Assembly (NCBI GenBank): GCA_039208735.1
Contig: JBCCQY010000156.1
Span: 1-22,460 of the forward strand
Direction of reading: 5' to 3'
DNA length: 22,460 nucleotides
Origin: Myxococcota bacterium
GTDB taxonomy: Bacteria > Myxococcota_A > UBA796 > GCA-2862545
Below are positions 1-8,960 of the stretch, one piece after another. Made by a program: the position numbers and the translations under genes. The notes under the pieces are model-generated. The model saw only the letters and a program-made list of their open reading frames with translations, ran no database searches and was not told the DNA's origin. Position 1 is the first letter of the stretch, and each line of letters opens with the position of its first letter.

Positions 1-2
1 CG

Positions 3-2384
3 CCGGCGTCGGGTGACCTTGACTTCAGCGAAGCGCTCGGCACCTTCACCTACACGCCCAATGCGAACTTCTTTGGCAACGATTCGTTCGACGTGATCGC
101 GAATGATGGCCAGGTCGATTCCGCCGTGGCGACCGTGGACTTCACCGTCAGCGCGGTCAACGATGTGCCGGTGGTGCCCTCGGTGACCTTCAACACGGAC
201 GAAGACATCCCCCTGACCGACGTGGTCATGGCGATGGACATCGAGGGCCAGTCCTCGAGCTTCATCGTCTCCGAGACCCCCCGCAAGGGCGTGATCTCGC
301 TCGACCCGCAGACCGGCATGTTCACCTACACCCCCAACCTGAACGAATTCGGGCTTGATGAGTTTGCGGTCATCGCGAATGACGGGTTTGGGGATTCGCT
401 TCCCGGTCGCATCACGATCAACATCAATCAGGTCAACGACGCGCCTGAGCTGACTTCGTTTGGCCTGTTGACGACCGACGAAGATGTGCCGATCACGGGC
501 CAGATTACGGGGATCGACCCCGAAAACGATGTGCTGACCTACAGCGTCTCGACGCTTCCGGCGAACGGTTCCATCACGCTGTCGGAATCGACGGGCGCTT
601 TCGCCTACGTCCCCGACGAGGACTACAACGGCACGGACCTCTTCGAAATCACGGGCTTTGACGGAACGGACTTCTCGGCCCCCTCGCCGGTGTCGGTGGT
701 CGTGCTGCCCGTCAACGACGCCCCCCGCGTCACCCCGACCCAGCTCGTCGTCGTGACCGGTCAGGAAGGCCAGATCACGCTGCAGGCCAGCGACCCCGAA
801 GGCGACACGCTGTTCTACCTCGTCGAGACGGCGCCCCAGTTCGGCTCGGCGTTCCTCGACTCGGTCACGGGCAACCTTAGCTACACCTCGAACCCCAACT
901 ACGTTGGTCCCGACGCTATCATCTACACGGTGACGGACGGTACGGAGTCGACGCAGGGTTCGCTGCCGATCAGCGTTTCCGCCGATACTGACGGCGATAC
1001 AGTCGGTGACCTGACCGACAACTGCCCCAATGTCGCGAACGAAGACCAGAGCGACGTCGACAGCAACGGCCGCGGCGACAAGTGTGACTGCGTCACCGAA
1101 GCCTTCGGCAGCTCGCTCAATCCCGAATTCTTCGCTGCGAGCGGACAGATCACGCCAGTCGAAGAACCCACCACCTCGCCCACTTGGTCGCTGCGGCTCA
1201 ACGGCAACGGCGCCTTCGTCGAAACGGTCGCCCAGCCGAGCTGCACCACCTACCAGTACGCAGTCCAGCTGGCGACAGGGGTCGCCCCACCCGAGACGAT
1301 GGACTCCTTCCGCATCCTCGTGAGCAACGATGGTGGCCCCTTCCAGCTCCTCCATCAGGAGTTCGGTACGGGCTTCGAAGAGTCCTTCTCCACCATCCGC
1401 GGCCTCACCACGGGCCTCGATGTGTCGGGTGACGTGGTCTTCCGCCTCGAAGTACAGAGCGACGAGCTTTCGGACCTCTTCATTGTGGACGACTTCTTCC
1501 TCGGCTGCGACACCGACGCCGACTTCTTGGCTGACTGCGTCGAGTCGTTCCTTCCGGGCTACGACCTGACCAATGCCGACGCCGATGGTGACGGCCTGAT
1601 CGATGGGGATGAGTTTGCCGCGGGCACCGACCCGAATGCGGCCGACACGGACTTCGACGGTGTGCCCGACAACATCGACAACTGTGGTGTGGTGCCCAAC
1701 CCCATGCAGGAAGATGCGGACGGCAACGGCATCGGCGACTTCTGTGAAGAGTTTGGCTTCTTCGATGACTTCGAGTCGGGCACGGTGCTCGACGCAGCCA
1801 TGTGGGAGTCCTCGGTGGGTGAGGCGTACGTCTGGGCGCCCGGCGGCGTCTACGCGGATGGCGCGAACTCGCTCGAGCTGAATGGTCCCCGCAGCTTCTC
1901 GTCGGGCCCACCCTCGCTGGGCACCGGCATCAACGGCGTGGCAACCACCAACCCCTACGACTTCTCGTTCTGCACCGACGCGGTGGTCAACGCCCGCTGG
2001 GTCAACCGCGACTCGTTCTCGGGTCGTGACCTCGTCATCGAGTACAACGATGGCAGCGGCGCGTGGGCCGAGATCGGTCGGGCTCCCGGAGCAGCCGCGC
2101 TCAACGCGGTGAACCAGGGCGCGTGGCCTATCACGAACAACGGTGCGAATCTGTCGACCACCGCTCAGGCCCGCTTGCGGAACGATTCATTCACTTGGGA
2201 TGACCGCTTCTACATCGATAACTTCGCATTCGATTGCGACAGCGACGCAGACCTGTTGGGCAACAAGCTCGAACTCGACGTCTACGGCACCAACGCGTTC
2301 AACCCCGACAGCGACGGCGACGGTGTGGACGACGGAACCGAGATTATCAACGGCACCGACCCGTTGAACGGCTCGAGCAACTAA
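3..2384 (+). CDS. Large surface/adhesin-like protein (5'-partial) with tandem Ig/cadherin-like repeats, thrombospondin type-3 Ca-binding repeats and two beta-sandwich-like domains
   Basis: Frame is open from the window edge (PASGDLDFSEALGTFTYTPNANFFGNDSF...). Repeats of VNDxP...TDED...FTYTP..N..G.D.F. TSP3 motifs DTDGDTVGDLTDNCPNVANEDQSDVDSNGRGDKCD and DTDFDGVPDNIDNC. C-terminal DSDGDGVDDGTEIINGTDPLN. Confidence 0.85.
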   Translation, partial: PASGDLDFSEALGTFTYTPNANFFGNDSFDVIANDGQVDSAVATVDFTVSAVNDVPVVPSVTFNTDEDIPLTDVVMAMDIEGQSSSFIVSETPRKGVISLDPQTGMFTYTPNLNEFGLDEFAVIANDGFGDSLPGRITININQVNDAPELTSFGLLTTDEDVPITGQITGIDPENDVLTYSVSTLPANGSITLSESTGAFAYVPDEDYNGTDLFEITGFDGTDFSAPSPVSVVVLPVNDAPRVTPTQLVVVTGQEGQITLQASDPEGDTLFYLVETAPQFGSAFLDSVTGNLSYTSNPNYVGPDAIIYTVTDGTESTQGSLPISVSADTDGDTVGDLTDNCPNVANEDQSDVDSNGRGDKCDCVTEAFGSSLNPEFFAASGQITPVEEPTTSPTWSLRLNGNGAFVETVAQPSCTTYQYAVQLATGVAPPETMDSFRILVSNDGGPFQLLHQEFGTGFEESFSTIRGLTTGLDVSGDVVFRLEVQSDELSDLFIVDDFFLGCDTDADFLADCVESFLPGYDLTNADADGDGLIDGDEFAAGTDPNAADTDFDGVPDNIDNCGVVPNPMQEDADGNGIGDFCEEFGFFDDFESGTVLDAAMWESSVGEAYVWAPGGVYADGANSLELNGPRSFSSGPPSLGTGINGVATTNPYDFSFCTDAVVNARWVNRDSFSGRDLVIEYNDGSGAWAEIGRAPGAAALNAVNQGAWPITNNGANLSTTAQARLRNDSFTWDDRFYIDNFAFDCDSDADLLGNKLELDVYGTNAFNPDSDGDGVDDGTEIINGTDPLNGSSN

Positions 2385-2407
2385 GCTTCGTTCAGCCTCC
2401 AACGACG

Positions 2408-2442
2408 AAAACGCGCCCGTCAGCTTCTTGCTGGCGGGCGCG
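2408..2442 (-). terminator. Probable intrinsic terminator between convergent genes, possibly bidirectional
   Basis: 13-bp stem CGCGCCCGTCAGC (2412-2424) / GCTGGCGGGCGCG (2430-2442) with one imperfect pair and a 5-nt loop. AAAA at 2408-2411 gives a short U-tract on the minus strand. Confidence 0.65.
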
Positions 2443-2448
2443 CCTGCT

Positions 2449-2970
2449 TTAAGGCTGGAGGATGACCACCACTTCGGCGCGCATCGCGGGCTTGATCGTG
2501 ACCCCCAAGTACGAGGGAATGTCGATGCCATGCTCACTGGTATCGAAGGCGAATTCAGCTCGGGCCTCAAGCTGGCCCTTCTTCTCTCGCAATTCGTAGG
2601 TCACCGCGACGTCGCGAGAGACGCCGTGCGCCACGAATTGAGCCGTAAGTTCGCCTTGGGTGCGGGCTCCAGCGCTTGGCCAGTCGACCGCGGCACGGTC
2701 CAGGGTGAGTTCAACGTTCGGGAATTCGGCGGTCTGTACATACTTCTCGCGCATGTGTTGATCGCGCAGTTCAATGCCCGTCTTTACGGTGTCCATGGGT
2801 ACGGTGAAGGTGAGTCGGTCGCCGTCATCTTGCACCGTGAGCGATCGAGTGATGCCCTCGAAGGTGAGAAATCCCGGAGATCCTTCCGCGTGGAAGGTAA
2901 CTTTTGGCTTTCCCGTAATCTTGAAGGAGCCTGCGTGGGTCAGTCCCACGAGGAGCAAGCCCAGGGTCAC
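2449..2970 (-). CDS. YceI-family lipid/polyisoprenoid-binding protein
   Basis: Signal peptide. Motif VKTGIELRDQHMREKYVQTAEFPNV..., then GELT..F..HGVSRDV and FDTSEHGIDIP. GTG start overlaps the upstream stop (GTGA). Confidence 0.85.
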   Translation of the reverse strand: MTLGLLLVGLTHAGSFKITGKPKVTFHAEGSPGFLTFEGITRSLTVQDDGDRLTFTVPMDTVKTGIELRDQHMREKYVQTAEFPNVELTLDRAAVDWPSAGARTQGELTAQFVAHGVSRDVAVTYELREKKGQLEARAEFAFDTSEHGIDIPSYLGVTIKPAMRAEVVVILQP

Positions 2971-3302
2971 TCGGGCGCTCCGGCGTCGGCCCAGTCTACG
3001 AGGAGCTGAGCTTCTTCATCGCTTAGCACGAGGCCCGCGGGCGGCATCGGTGAAGGCACGCCGTCGACGGCTCGGGCAACGATGCGGTCCGCGCGGGGCG
3101 CCGACGTCTCGAACGAGTTGAGGGCGAAGGGCGCACCGTTGGCGAGGGGGTCGCCATGGCAATTGCCACAGGCCGAGATCAGAATGGGCTCCACATCGGC
3201 GTAGCTCACATCCGACGCAACCGGGGCGCCGGTATCCTCGGGGTTGGGAGCATCGTCCTCTTCACAAGCGATCAAGGTGACCGCCATCAGTCCCCAACGC
3301 AT
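2967..3302 (-). CDS. Monoheme cytochrome c lipoprotein
   Basis: ATG at 3302 preceded by GGAGGT. Lipobox-like LIAC, heme motif CGNCH, distal MPP (candidate axial Met), ending L.DEEAQLLVDWADAGAPE. Confidence 0.8.
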   Translation of the reverse strand: MRWGLMAVTLIACEEDDAPNPEDTGAPVASDVSYADVEPILISACGNCHGDPLANGAPFALNSFETSAPRADRIVARAVDGVPSPMPPAGLVLSDEEAQLLVDWADAGAPE

Positions 3303-3377
3303 GGGTACCTCCGTCACGACCCAGGGGGGAGCGGGTCGTTCACTGAGGTGATAGCGAGAGGCAGGTCTTAACCCGAC

Positions 3378-4589
3378 TTAATCCCGCTGACTCGAGGCCT
3401 TGATGCGCGACCGCTGTGCCATGAGCCAGGTGCGGACTGCTTCATCTGCCGTAAGCGCAATCGCCTTTTCGTAGGCCGCCTCGGCGGGTTGGCCGGCCCG
3501 GTGCAACAGGGCGGCCCGGACTGCCCAGTAGGGTTGAAAGCCCTCAGTCCCGGTGAGGGTGTCGAGCGCAGCGAGCCCTTCTGTGGGTCCCTTCACGTCG
3601 GCGAGGGCCGCTGCACGACCCACCGCGTTGCCGAGGGTCGGGGCAAAGGCCACGAGTCCTTCGTAGAGCGCAAGGACCGAGGCATGTTCGATGCGTCCAG
3701 CTCTTTGGCCGTGGACGAGCGCGGATTGAATCGCAGCTTCGAGCTGGAACGGGCCCAACGATGCGAGACTTTGGGCCCGGTGCAAGGCCATTTCGGCTTG
3801 GTCAAGCCGCTCTTGGTTCCACGAGTCCGGGTCTTGCTTGGTGAAGGGCACATATTCGCCTGCACTCCCACGGCCTGCGGCGGTTCGGGCGTCTGCGTAG
3901 CGCAACAAGGCGAGGAGCCCCCAGGCCTCGGCGTGGTCAGGGAGTACCGTCGTGACGACTTCGGCTAGCCACAACGCCTCTGCCGTGCGGTCGGCGGCCC
4001 GATCTGTCCAGCCCGCACTGTACAGGCCGTAGATCGCATCGAGCACCGCCGTGACCCGCCGTAGGAGTTCGTCACCTTCGGGCACCGAGAAGGGAATGCC
4101 CGCCTGCTTGATCTGGGTCTTGGCTCTCCAGAGCCGTTGCCCCATGGTCTTCGAGGCAACGCCCATGAGGGGACCGATGGTGTCCGCAGTCATGCCGAGC
4201 ACCGCTTGCAGCATCAACGGGGCGCGAATCGTGGGATCGATGGCTTCATGACCGCACACGAACAGGAGCGGCAGTCGCTCATCTGGCCACGGGGCCCCGC
4301 TTTCGGCATCGGTCGTCAGGGTTTGGAGGTGTCGGATGGCATCAGCCTTGCGCCGTCGTACGTCGGCATGTCGCCATACGCCCACGAGCTTGCGTCGAGC
4401 CACTGTGTAGAGCCACGCTTCCGGGTCCTTGGGCACACCATCCTCCGGCCAGCGCTCGAGCGCCGCAATGAGGGCTTGCGAAAGAGCATCTTCGGCGAGG
4501 GCGAGGTCGCCTGACCGACGGGCGAGGAGCGCCGTAAGTCGACCCGTGGCCTCGCGAGCAACCCGCTCGATGGTACGTTCGTCCTTCAC
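3378..4589 (-). CDS. ECF sigma factor with long C-terminal DUF6596/TPR extension (ECF42-like)
   Basis: Region 2 LAEDALSQALIAALERWPEDGVPKDPEAWLYTVARRK. DERLPLLFVCGHEAI. Region 4 MGQRLWRAK. GEYVPFTKQDPDSW, GPFQLEAAIQ, FQPYWAVRA. GTG start at 4589 overlaps the YciI stop (GTGA), so the track's 4646 start is probably too long. Confidence 0.9.
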   Translation of the reverse strand: MKDERTIERVAREATGRLTALLARRSGDLALAEDALSQALIAALERWPEDGVPKDPEAWLYTVARRKLVGVWRHADVRRRKADAIRHLQTLTTDAESGAPWPDERLPLLFVCGHEAIDPTIRAPLMLQAVLGMTADTIGPLMGVASKTMGQRLWRAKTQIKQAGIPFSVPEGDELLRRVTAVLDAIYGLYSAGWTDRAADRTAEALWLAEVVTTVLPDHAEAWGLLALLRYADARTAAGRGSAGEYVPFTKQDPDSWNQERLDQAEMALHRAQSLASLGPFQLEAAIQSALVHGQRAGRIEHASVLALYEGLVAFAPTLGNAVGRAAALADVKGPTEGLAALDTLTGTEGFQPYWAVRAALLHRAGQPAEAAYEKAIALTADEAVRTWLMAQRSRIKASSQRD

Positions 4590-4942
4590 ACCTGGTCCAT
4601 GCCGCAGGGGCGAACCTCGACCCGACCGGTGCGGGCCGTGGGGCACTGCGCGGCCCAGTCGAGGGCTCGATCGAGGTTGGGGACCTCGATGAGCAAGAAT
4701 CCTCCGAGCTGCTCTCGGCTATGGGCGACCGGCCCATCCTGAACATGGCGTGTCCCCCCGCGAACGCTGACCGTCGTAGCGGTCTCTGGGACGCGAAGGG
4801 CCTCGCCTCCAACCAAGACGCCCGCGTTGCGCAGCGCGGCCACATAGCCTTCGAAGGGCGCCATGTAGGCGGATTGCGCATCGGGGTCCATGCGCTTGGA
4901 AAGCTCTTCTTCGGTCTCGTAGATCAGGATGGCGTACTGCAT
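4586..4942 (-). CDS. YciI/DGPF-domain protein
   Basis: MQYAILIYE...GVLVGGEAL..PETATTV.VRGG...VQDGPVAHSREQLGGFLLIEVPNLDRALDWAAQCP...GRVEVRP. GGAGGT RBS. Usual partner upstream of ECF42 sigma genes. Confidence 0.9.
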   Translation of the reverse strand: MQYAILIYETEEELSKRMDPDAQSAYMAPFEGYVAALRNAGVLVGGEALRVPETATTVSVRGGTRHVQDGPVAHSREQLGGFLLIEVPNLDRALDWAAQCPTARTGRVEVRPCGMDQV

Positions 4943-4970
4943 GACAACCTCCGGCGTCAGTTACTTCCAT

Positions 4971-4997
4971 GACGCCCAACCGGGGGGGCGTTCTACT
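4971..4997 (-). promoter_or_regulatory. Candidate ECF-type promoter for the yciI-sigma operon
   Basis: Minus strand reads AGTAGA-N17-CGTC, resembling the ECF42 layout TGTCGA...CGTC as I recall it (4/6 match at -35). It lies about 30 nt upstream of the yciI start. Confidence 0.4.
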
Positions 4998-5013
4998 GGC
5001 CCGGGGAGAAATC

Positions 5014-6426
5014 GTGCTGCTCACGCTGCGGACGACCAAGGAACCTGCGACGGACCTCGGGTTTCTGCTTCACAAGAATCCAGCTCGCGCTCAGACCATC
5101 GATCTTCCGTTTGGACAGGCCCACGTGTTTTGGCCCGAAGCGACGCCGAGTGCCGCCTGTTGTGCGCTTTGGGTGGTGGTCGACCCGGTAGCCCTCGTGC
5201 GGGGAAAGGCGGATGCGCCCGGCGATGGTCCACTCGCCATGTATGTCAACGACCGGCCTTACGTGGCGTCGAGTTTTCTCTCGGTGGCGCTGGCCCGCGT
5301 GTTTGGGTCCGCGCTCAACGGCCGATCGAGTGAGCGTCCCGAACTTGCTCAGACCGCTCTTCCGCTTCGCATCACCGTCGATGTCGTGGCATCGCGCGGG
5401 GGGCCCGCGTGGCTCGAACGCCTCTTTGGTCCGCTTGGCTATACGGTCGATGCACAACGGCTACCGCGCGATGAGACGGTGCCCGAATGGGGACCGTCCG
5501 CGTTGCATCGGATGGTGCTGACCCACGAGATTCCCCTCATGACGGCACTGCGTCACCTCTACGTGCTGCTGCCCGTGCTCGACGACCACAAGCACTATTG
5601 GGTGGGGACGGACGAGGTCGACAAGCTGGTCGCGAAGGGGGAGGCCTGGCTCGCCGAGCATCCCGACCGTGAGTTCATCGTTCACCGCTACCTCAAGCAT
5701 CGGCGAGGACTTGCCCGACGCGCACTGGGCCAACTCGAGGACCCCGATGCTGAGGATGGAGAAGACCTTGAGGACCTCGAGGGGACCAGCGTTCCCGGTG
5801 AACCGCGTCTGGAACGACCCTACAAACTCAACGACGTGCGGCTGGACCGCGTGGTCGACGTGCTACGAAGCGCGGGCGTGCGTTCGGTGGTCGACTTGGG
5901 CTGCGGCGAGGGCAAGCTCCTCAGGCGATTACTTGCGGTCAACGAAATCGATCGGGTCATTGGCATCGATGCATCGCCTCGTGCGCTCGACGTGGCCGCC
6001 CGCCGTTTCGAGGGCCCTCGGGTCCCGTTGTCGTACGCCAAACGCCTGCAGCTGCTCGTGGGGAGCGCGGTGTACCGTGACCCGCGACTCGACGGCATGG
6101 ATGCCATCGTGCTCGTCGAGGTCATTGAGCACATCGATGCGGTGCGGTTGCCTGCGTTGGAGGCGTCTGTGTTTGGTAGCGCGCGTCCGCAGATGGTCCT
6201 GGTGACCACTCCCAACGCCGAATACAACGTCCGGTTCGAGACGCTGCCTGCAGGACGATTTCGCCACGCCGATCATCGCTTCGAATGGACCCGGGCCCAA
6301 TTCGAAGCGTGGGCCTCCGGCGTAGCGGAGCGCCATGGCTACACCGTGACGTTCGAGCCCATCGGGCCCCTCGACGAGATGGTCGGGGCCCCAACCCAGA
6401 TGGGGGTGTTCCGATGGAGCTCGTAG
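5014..6426 (+). CDS. hen1: 3'-terminal RNA ribose 2'-O-methyltransferase Hen1
   Basis: N-terminus (M)LLTLRTTKEPATDLGFLLHKNP, YVNDRPYVASSFLSVA, KHYWVG.DEVDKL. SAM motif VVDLGCGEG, EVIEH, TTPNAEYN, FRHADHRFEWTR. GTG at 5014 after GGGGAG. Confidence 0.96.
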   Translation: MLLTLRTTKEPATDLGFLLHKNPARAQTIDLPFGQAHVFWPEATPSAACCALWVVVDPVALVRGKADAPGDGPLAMYVNDRPYVASSFLSVALARVFGSALNGRSSERPELAQTALPLRITVDVVASRGGPAWLERLFGPLGYTVDAQRLPRDETVPEWGPSALHRMVLTHEIPLMTALRHLYVLLPVLDDHKHYWVGTDEVDKLVAKGEAWLAEHPDREFIVHRYLKHRRGLARRALGQLEDPDAEDGEDLEDLEGTSVPGEPRLERPYKLNDVRLDRVVDVLRSAGVRSVVDLGCGEGKLLRRLLAVNEIDRVIGIDASPRALDVAARRFEGPRVPLSYAKRLQLLVGSAVYRDPRLDGMDAIVLVEVIEHIDAVRLPALEASVFGSARPQMVLVTTPNAEYNVRFETLPAGRFRHADHRFEWTRAQFEAWASGVAERHGYTVTFEPIGPLDEMVGAPTQMGVFRWSS

Positions 6427-8960
6427 TCCCCGAGCTGTCTCTGGTGCTCATGATCGGGGCTTCAGGGTCGGGCAAGTCGACGTTCGCGGCGAAGCACTTC
6501 GCGCCTTCCGAGGTGCTTTCCTCGGACCACTACCGCGCCGTTGTAAGCAATGACGAAACGGCCCAGGACGCGTCGGCGGATGCATTCGAAGTGTTGGAGT
6601 TGATCGCGTCCAAGCGGCTCGAGCGAGGATTGCTCACCGTGATTGATGCGACCAACGTCGACAAGACCTACCGGGCGCGATGGCTACGGTTGGCCCGTCA
6701 ATACCACGTGTTGCCCATCGCCATCGTCTTGGAGCTTCCTCCTGCCCTTTGCCACGCTCGCAACGCGGATCGACAGAACCGTCGGTTCGGGGCCCATGTG
6801 ACCCGACGACAGTGTGCTCAACTGCGTCGAAGCGTCGGTGGGTTGCGCCGTGAAGGGTTTCGCTACGTTCATCGACTCAAGGATGAGTCGGCCATTGCCG
6901 AGGCCACCGTCCATCGGCCGCGACCCTGGACCGACCGCCGTGACGATGAAGGACCGTTCGACATCATCGGAGATGTCCACGGGTGCTTCGACGAGCTTTT
7001 CGAGCTGCTCCGCACCCTGGGGTACGCGATCGAGTCCACAGGGGACCTCGACGGTGTGGGTTACCGGGTCACCGCTCCGGAAGGTCGTCGCGCCCTGTTC
7101 CTTGGCGACCTGGTGGACCGCGGACCCGCTTCCGACCGCGTGCTCCATTTGGCCATGGACATGGTCGACGCAGGGGTGGCGCTATGCATTCCGGGGAATC
7201 ACGAGGCCAAGCTCAAACGACACCTCGAAGGGCGTAAGGTCAAGCTCACCCACGGTCTTGAACAGACCAAAGAACAGCTCGAGGGACGGTCCGAGGCCTT
7301 TCGAACTCGTGTACACGCCTTCATTGATGGATTGATCAGCCACTTCGTGCTTGACCAAGGGCGATTGATTGTGGCGCACGCCGGCATGCGCGAGGAACTC
7401 GCGGGGCGGGCGAGCGGCCGCGTTCGTCAGTTTGCACTGTACGGCGAAACCACGGGTGAAATCGATGAGTTCGGGCTACCCGTTCGCGCGACCTGGGCCG
7501 ACGACTACCGCGGAGCCGCATCGGTGGTGTATGGCCACACACCCGTCGTGCAGTCGCAATGGCACAACCGCACCCTTTGCATCGATACGGGCTGTGTCTT
7601 TGGCGGTGCCCTCACCGCCCTGCGCTGGCCCGAACGTGACCTGGTGTCGGTGGAGGCCAAGGCGACCTACTACGAGCCCATCCGGCCGCCGCGAGACGTG
7701 GTGGCGTCGCCGGGACCTTCGCTCATTCAACTGCCCGAGTTGTTGCAGGGCGGAAGTGTGCGAACCCGGTTTGGACGGAGTGTCCGCATTCCGCCAGCCC
7801 ATGCTCCGACCGCTCTTGAAACCTTGTCTAGGTTTACCGTCGATCCTCGCTGGCTCATTCACCTTCCCCCCACGATGGCCCCCTGTGAAACCTCGGGTGA
7901 AGAGGGGTTTCTTGAACATCCCGCACAGGCGTTTGCGGCGTTTGCGAGCCGAGGGGTCACGCGGGTCGTGTGCGAGGAAAAGCACATGGGTTCACGCGCG
8001 CTCGTGATCGTCGGGCGCAATCTCGATGTGTTGGCGAAGCGTTTTGGGTTTGCCCCCGGCGAAATCGAACAACCTGGGATCGTGTTGACGCGTCGGGGCA
8101 GGCGGTTCTTCGCGATGGCCGAGGTCGAAGCTGCCATGCTGGCGATCGTCGATGCGGCCATGCGAGAGGCCGGCCTTTACGAATCGCTCGAGACCGACTG
8201 GGCCCTGTGGGACTGTGAGTTGATGCCCTGGTCCGCAAAGGCCCAAGCCTTGCTCGAGGCCCAGTACGCGCCCGTGGGGACTGCAGCTCGGAGCACGCTC
8301 GCCGCCGCAGTCAAAGCGCTCGAGGGTGTTTCTGGAGCCGAGGCGTTGCTCTCGGCGGCCCATTCGCGAAAGCAAGATGCGGAAGCCTATACCGCGGCGT
8401 ACCGACGCTATTGTTGGCCCGTGAAAACGGTGGACGATCATCGGCTGGCCCCCTTTCATCTGCTCGCCACCGAAGGGGCCGTCCATCACGATCGGAGCCA
8501 CGCCTGGCACCTTGACGTGGTGCAGCGTCTGGTCGAGGCAAGCGCCTCACCGGTACTTCAGGCCACCGACCGGCGATGGCTCGACCTCGACGATGCCGCG
8601 GCGCGAGACCAGGCCACACAGTGGTGGCTCGACCGCACCGACGCAGGCTCCGAAGGCATGGTCGTCAAGCCGGAGCACTTCCTCACCACAAACGCCAAAG
8701 GACCCGTCCAGCCGGCGATCAAATGCCGCGGTCGAGAGTACCTGCGGATCATCTATGGCCCCGAATACACGCGACCCGAACACCTGAAGCGGCTTCGACA
8801 GCGTGGGGTTGGCCGTAAGCAGTCGCTCGCCATGCGGGAGTTCTTGCTGGGTTTGGAAGCCTTGCATCGGTTTGTCGAACGGCGTTCGTTGCACGACGTG
8901 CACGCCTGCATCTTTGCGTTGTTGGCGTTGGAGTCCGAGCCCGTAGACCCTCGCCTTTAG
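6414..8960 (+). CDS. pnkp: Polynucleotide kinase-phosphatase-ligase Pnkp
   Basis: Kinase P-loop GASGSGKST and DATN. Metallophosphoesterase GDVHGC, GDLVDRG, GNHE, YGHTP. Ligase motifs EEKHMGSR, DCELMPW, EGMVVKP, IKCRGREYLRIIYG. Ends DPRL. ATG at 6414 overlaps the hen1 3' end. Confidence 0.96.
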   Translation: MELVVPELSLVLMIGASGSGKSTFAAKHFAPSEVLSSDHYRAVVSNDETAQDASADAFEVLELIASKRLERGLLTVIDATNVDKTYRARWLRLARQYHVLPIAIVLELPPALCHARNADRQNRRFGAHVTRRQCAQLRRSVGGLRREGFRYVHRLKDESAIAEATVHRPRPWTDRRDDEGPFDIIGDVHGCFDELFELLRTLGYAIESTGDLDGVGYRVTAPEGRRALFLGDLVDRGPASDRVLHLAMDMVDAGVALCIPGNHEAKLKRHLEGRKVKLTHGLEQTKEQLEGRSEAFRTRVHAFIDGLISHFVLDQGRLIVAHAGMREELAGRASGRVRQFALYGETTGEIDEFGLPVRATWADDYRGAASVVYGHTPVVQSQWHNRTLCIDTGCVFGGALTALRWPERDLVSVEAKATYYEPIRPPRDVVASPGPSLIQLPELLQGGSVRTRFGRSVRIPPAHAPTALETLSRFTVDPRWLIHLPPTMAPCETSGEEGFLEHPAQAFAAFASRGVTRVVCEEKHMGSRALVIVGRNLDVLAKRFGFAPGEIEQPGIVLTRRGRRFFAMAEVEAAMLAIVDAAMREAGLYESLETDWALWDCELMPWSAKAQALLEAQYAPVGTAARSTLAAAVKALEGVSGAEALLSAAHSRKQDAEAYTAAYRRYCWPVKTVDDHRLAPFHLLATEGAVHHDRSHAWHLDVVQRLVEASASPVLQATDRRWLDLDDAAARDQATQWWLDRTDAGSEGMVVKPEHFLTTNAKGPVQPAIKCRGREYLRIIYGPEYTRPEHLKRLRQRGVGRKQSLAMREFLLGLEALHRFVERRSLHDVHACIFALLALESEPVDPRL

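Noticed and set aside
2428..3009. Long alternative-frame ORFs (this one, plus 9065-9976, 13827-14555, 15085-16158 and others)
   Set aside because: They overlap well-supported genes and have no motifs. Such ORFs are expected in high-GC DNA.
4723..4743. DGPF motif reads DGPV in the YciI protein
   Set aside because: A single conservative change in an otherwise typical protein. Not enough to claim altered function.
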